Below, piece by piece: positions 60,554 to 64,000 of a stretch of 64,000 bases of DNA. The position numbers were made by a program, and so were the translations under genes. Origin of the DNA: Adineta vaga. Lineage: Eukaryota; Animalia; Rotifera. The notes below the pieces were generated by a model that saw nothing but the letters and a program-made list of their open reading frames with translations, was not told where the DNA came from and searched no databases. The stretch covers positions 16,182,001 through 16,246,000 of the forward strand of contig CP075493.1 in the NCBI GenBank assembly GCA_021613535.1, in the 5' to 3' direction. Position 1 is the stretch's first letter, and every line of letters starts with the position of its first letter.

Positions 60554-62490
60554 ATCCAATTGAAAACAAATTAATCTATATAATTAAAATATAAACTAAT
60601 TTGCTGATCTCAACCTTTGCTTTTCAGCAATCGATCTAATCAATCAAAAATAGCCAAATATACTAATTAACAAATTGTTCTTGTTATAAAAGAATAAATA
60701 TATGCAAATGTTTGATTCGCCGACGCGTTTCGTGTTATTTATTAAAATAATGAAACACTCATCAGGGCTATGCATATATATAGAAAACTTTTTAACAAGA
60801 ATGAGAAAAAAGAAATGTAAAGTTAAACCTAAATGAGGAACTATGTATGTGGATAAGGCAAATAAGTGAGAAAAGAATATTATATATATATAGAATAAAA
60901 ATCTAAAGACTTAATATAGTTTATGATAAATCGAGTTTTGGAATGTTGAAGACCAATAAATCGATAATAGACTTGAAATTGATTTCTAAACTAAGCCACA
61001 ATATTTGATTGTGTTATTTAAGTTTTAATAAGTAATTGTTGAAATAAAATAATATAAACTTGTAATATAGGTTGGGATATAATAGTGATTTAAGAATGAT
61101 GAGTATGTACTAATTGTCTTTGTAAATTATTGATATCACGAGTACCAAGAATTGGAGTGACTTCGTTGATTGGAGATTGTTCAAAATACTTATTCCAAAG
61201 TGAATGGAATTTTCTTGGAAATGTTGTCATATTTGAACAATAAGTAAAATGAACAAATAAAGTTCTCCTATAATCAATTGGAACTTTTTCTTTATAGGGA
61301 GTATCGATGACTCTTTGTCGTAATGTATCATAATTGTACATGTTTAATGGTTGATTAATATTGAATTTTTCAAAGAAACGATTGAATTGTTGATCGATGA
61401 ATTTGATTGGATATTTATTAAGTAATAGATCCATTCTTAATTTACCACGTTCATCTAAATAACTTTCAAATGTTGAACAATAGCTAATTGCTCGAAGTAA
61501 CATAGCAAAAGGTATATTTTGTTTCATATGTAATGGATGAATGCTATTAAATGGTAAATAATATGGTTCATAGGATGGCTTGTGATAAACAGAAGTTATT
61601 AAATCACCATCTTGATTCTTAATTTGAAGATCTAGAAAATTAATTTGATTATTAATATTAGCTTTAAGGATAATATTTTCATCAAATTTATTCCATCGAT
61701 CAATTTGTTGAAGTAAATGACGTTGTGGCCAATTAATAATAATGAAGATATCATCAATATAACGAAAATATAAACCAAAACTGTTCTTAATTTGATTAAT
61801 AATATTTTGTTCATAGAAGAACATATAACAGTTGGCAATTGTTAATGTAAGAGGGGAACCCATTGCTTCACCTCTTATTTGATGATAATATTGACCATTA
61901 TAAGAAAAATAATTATTCTTCATAACATATCTGGCTAAACGTATAATAGCTTCAGTCTTGAGACCTTTAATTTCTTTCAACTGAAGATAATCTAACATTT
62001 TCTTTAAGGATAATACACCTTCGACTTGTGGTATCATAGTATAAAGATCTGAAACATCGATTGTACATAATAAAGTCTCTTTTCTTAAATTGATGGTTGA
62101 CCATTTTCTTAAATGTTGAACTAGATCAAAACCAGAAGTAACTGTTGTTTTGATAGCCATTTGATCAAATAAGGGTCGTAAGAGATTATCCAAATATTTT
62201 GAGATCTTTATTGTGGGATGTTTTAAACCAGATACAATGGGTCGAAGAGGTGTTCCAAGTTTATGACCTTTTGGTAAATAATATAGATGAGCTAATTCAA
62301 CTTCATCTGATTTAATACACAATTGCTCATATTGTTTTTGTGTAATGCATTTAGCCAGACGTAAATCAAATAAATATTTATTTGTTTGAATAATAAGGTT
62401 TGGTAATGGATCTTCTATACCTAAACATTGATAAGCTTCTGTTCGGTCCATATAAGCATTGGATTCTTTTTCATAATGTTCGGTTGTTCC
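60554..62490 (-). mobile_element. 5'-truncated Penelope-like element with no C-terminal endonuclease (Athena-type candidate)
   Basis: LYYLPK.HK..TPLRPIVS, IDVSDLYT, AMGSPL, RYIDDIF, FLDL and YHKPS. The ORF stops at 61090 with no GIY-YIG. A hammerhead lies downstream. Confidence 0.85.
60719..60768 (-). ncRNA. Minimal type I hammerhead ribozyme (PLE pLTR)
   Basis: Minus strand: GCC-CTGATGA-GTGTT(loop)AACAC-GAAACGCGTC-GGC. Palindromic helix III (ACGCGT). Flanking TATATGCA/TGCATATA can extend helix I. Confidence 0.9.
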
Positions 62491-62542
62491 CTTGAGGGTG
62501 TGGGTGTGGGTTAAGAGTATAGTCTGACTCACACCCACACCC
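62491..62542. repeat. Head-to-head telomeric-repeat junction site O
   Basis: CTTGAGGGTGTGGGTGTGGG-TTAAGAGTATAGTCTGACT-CACACCCACACCC, joining an AmpG-like CDS to the PLE RT CDS. Confidence 0.92.
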
Positions 62543-63955
62543 GCTTGAAAATATCCAATATTTCTTAATATCCATGATAAACCCGCTGAACCAATTGATG
62601 AACCAATTAAAAATCCAGCACGCATAAAACCATTTAATTTTCCACGTTCTTTTTTTGATATTATTGTTATTGCTTGAGCATCAACACTTGCATCTTGAAT
62701 TGAAGCAAATATTGAATGAATAAAAAATGCAATTACTAAAGTTTTTAACGATTTTGTAACAGGATTTTGAACAAATAATAAACCAAATGATGCAAATAAA
62801 GCACAAATTTGAGAAAACATTATCCAAGGACGACGACGACCCATTGAAGATGATTGATAACGATCTTTTAGAAAAAAAAAGAATATTGCTTTTTTTAAAA
62901 TAAATATTTTATCATAGCAATAAGTGGACCCTATACAAATTGAAGAATCTAATTAAATAAGAAAAGAAAAAACGAATTTGTTATTTTAAATTCAATTTCA
63001 AAATAAATACAAACCCATGGTAAACCAGATAATGATATAAATGTTCCAACTGTTGACGATTTTCCACCTTCAGCTAAACATTTCATATGAAGACAAATTT
63101 TCTTTTACTTTTTTTCAAACTTAATAAAATATCAATAACTAATAAAAACTCTTTCAGTAACGACGTTATAATATTTAATAGGATCATTTAGGTGACAGGG
63201 ATGGATCAAAAGACATTTATCGAAACCTATTGAAGGAAATACAACCTTCTTATTTCATTCTTATTGAGGAAAACATCCGCGAAGGAGCGGTGGTTGTCAA
63301 ACAGTTAGATTCGCCTCAGTTAGGTGGTACATCTTGCGCACTCATATTTAGGGAGATGCGGATCGGATCTAATAAAACGTGGATTTGCAAGTTTCTACTC
63401 GTATTAAATTAGTTGAGAAGTTTAATAAAAGAAAAATAAATATCTGTTAAATAATTTGCAAGTGCTGTTGAAGAAAATCCTGCAGGAATTCCTTGCATAA
63501 TATATAAATAAAAAAATGTGAAATAACGTAATGATTGATTTTCTGTTAAATTAAAAAAATAGTTTTGTTTTTTTCAATGAAATTAAATTATTAAAATGAG
63601 AATATTTTATTCTATAATTATCATTCAATGAATAACGATAAATCAAATTTGATAATGTTATTAATAAATATTCATTAGATAATAATTCAATTGATTTCCA
63701 TTGATTTTCAAATGAATTTTGTAAATATAAAAATTGTGATGAATTATTTAATGTTATTGTTGTTTCATTAAATTCAAATGAATTTTTATTGGATAATTTA
63801 AAAAATTGTTTAAGAAAAATTTGAAAAGATTTTTCATCATCAATTTGACCATAATTTGTTAAACGTTTTATATGAAAATAACCCAACGATTTTGCTAAAT
63901 TAATTTGTTCATTCGAATTTTCTTTATCTAAATCAATAATTGGTTGACTTGACAT
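62543..63955 (-). pseudogene. AmpG/acetyl-CoA-transporter-like MFS with an N-terminal extension; 3'-truncated and degraded
   Basis: FFYLYIMQGIPAGF, GLPW, MGRRRPWI, FASIQDASVDA.A and ERGKLNG. Frameshift near 63555, TAG near 62931, damaged splice donors. Cut at junction O. Confidence 0.75.
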
Positions 63956-64000
63956 TGTTTTTAATGTTCTAAATAAAACAGAAAATCTATTTAAATATTA

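Noticed and set aside
61090-62844. A genuine 584-aa membrane-bound reverse transcriptase gene
   Set aside because: It is a chimera across junction O of two truncated genes.
63265-63370. Helitron-like hairpin (CCGCGAAGGAGCGG) in the AmpG-like intron
   Set aside because: No definable termini or diagnostic CTRR end. The evidence is too weak to call.

Overview
This is AT-rich eukaryotic DNA with about 50-60 bp GT-AG introns. The gene families, foreign genes and TGTGGG/TGAGGG repeats point to a bdelloid rotifer, probably a subtelomere-like accessory region (inference). Bases 1-12.5 kb look like one end of a large co-oriented mobile unit: a KDZ-type transposase, a DUF3987-like P-loop helicase, a third repeat-exon gene, a GC-rich cGNAg hairpin island and a minisatellite. 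The rest is a mosaic of foreign-looking genes (two serine beta-lactamase-fold genes, an AA14-like LPMO, an OafA-like acyltransferase-SGNH, an ADP-ribosyltransferase, an AmpG-like MFS), GPCR, iGluR and F-box genes, many TIR elements with readable TSDs, one intact full-length LINE and two 5'-truncated Penelope-like elements with hammerhead motifs. Many of these genes carry inactivating lesions. The most striking signal is about 15 short head-to-head telomere-repeat sites, (CATC)TTGAGGG(TGTGGG)n-spacer-(CCCACA)nCCCTCAA, between 17.8 and 62.5 kb. Several sit exactly where genes or transposons are broken and joined to unrelated DNA, and they start at variable registers of one consensus. They look like scars of de novo telomere addition followed by end-joining, or alternatively like attC-type recombination sites. 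All calls were made by eye from motifs; no database searches were run.
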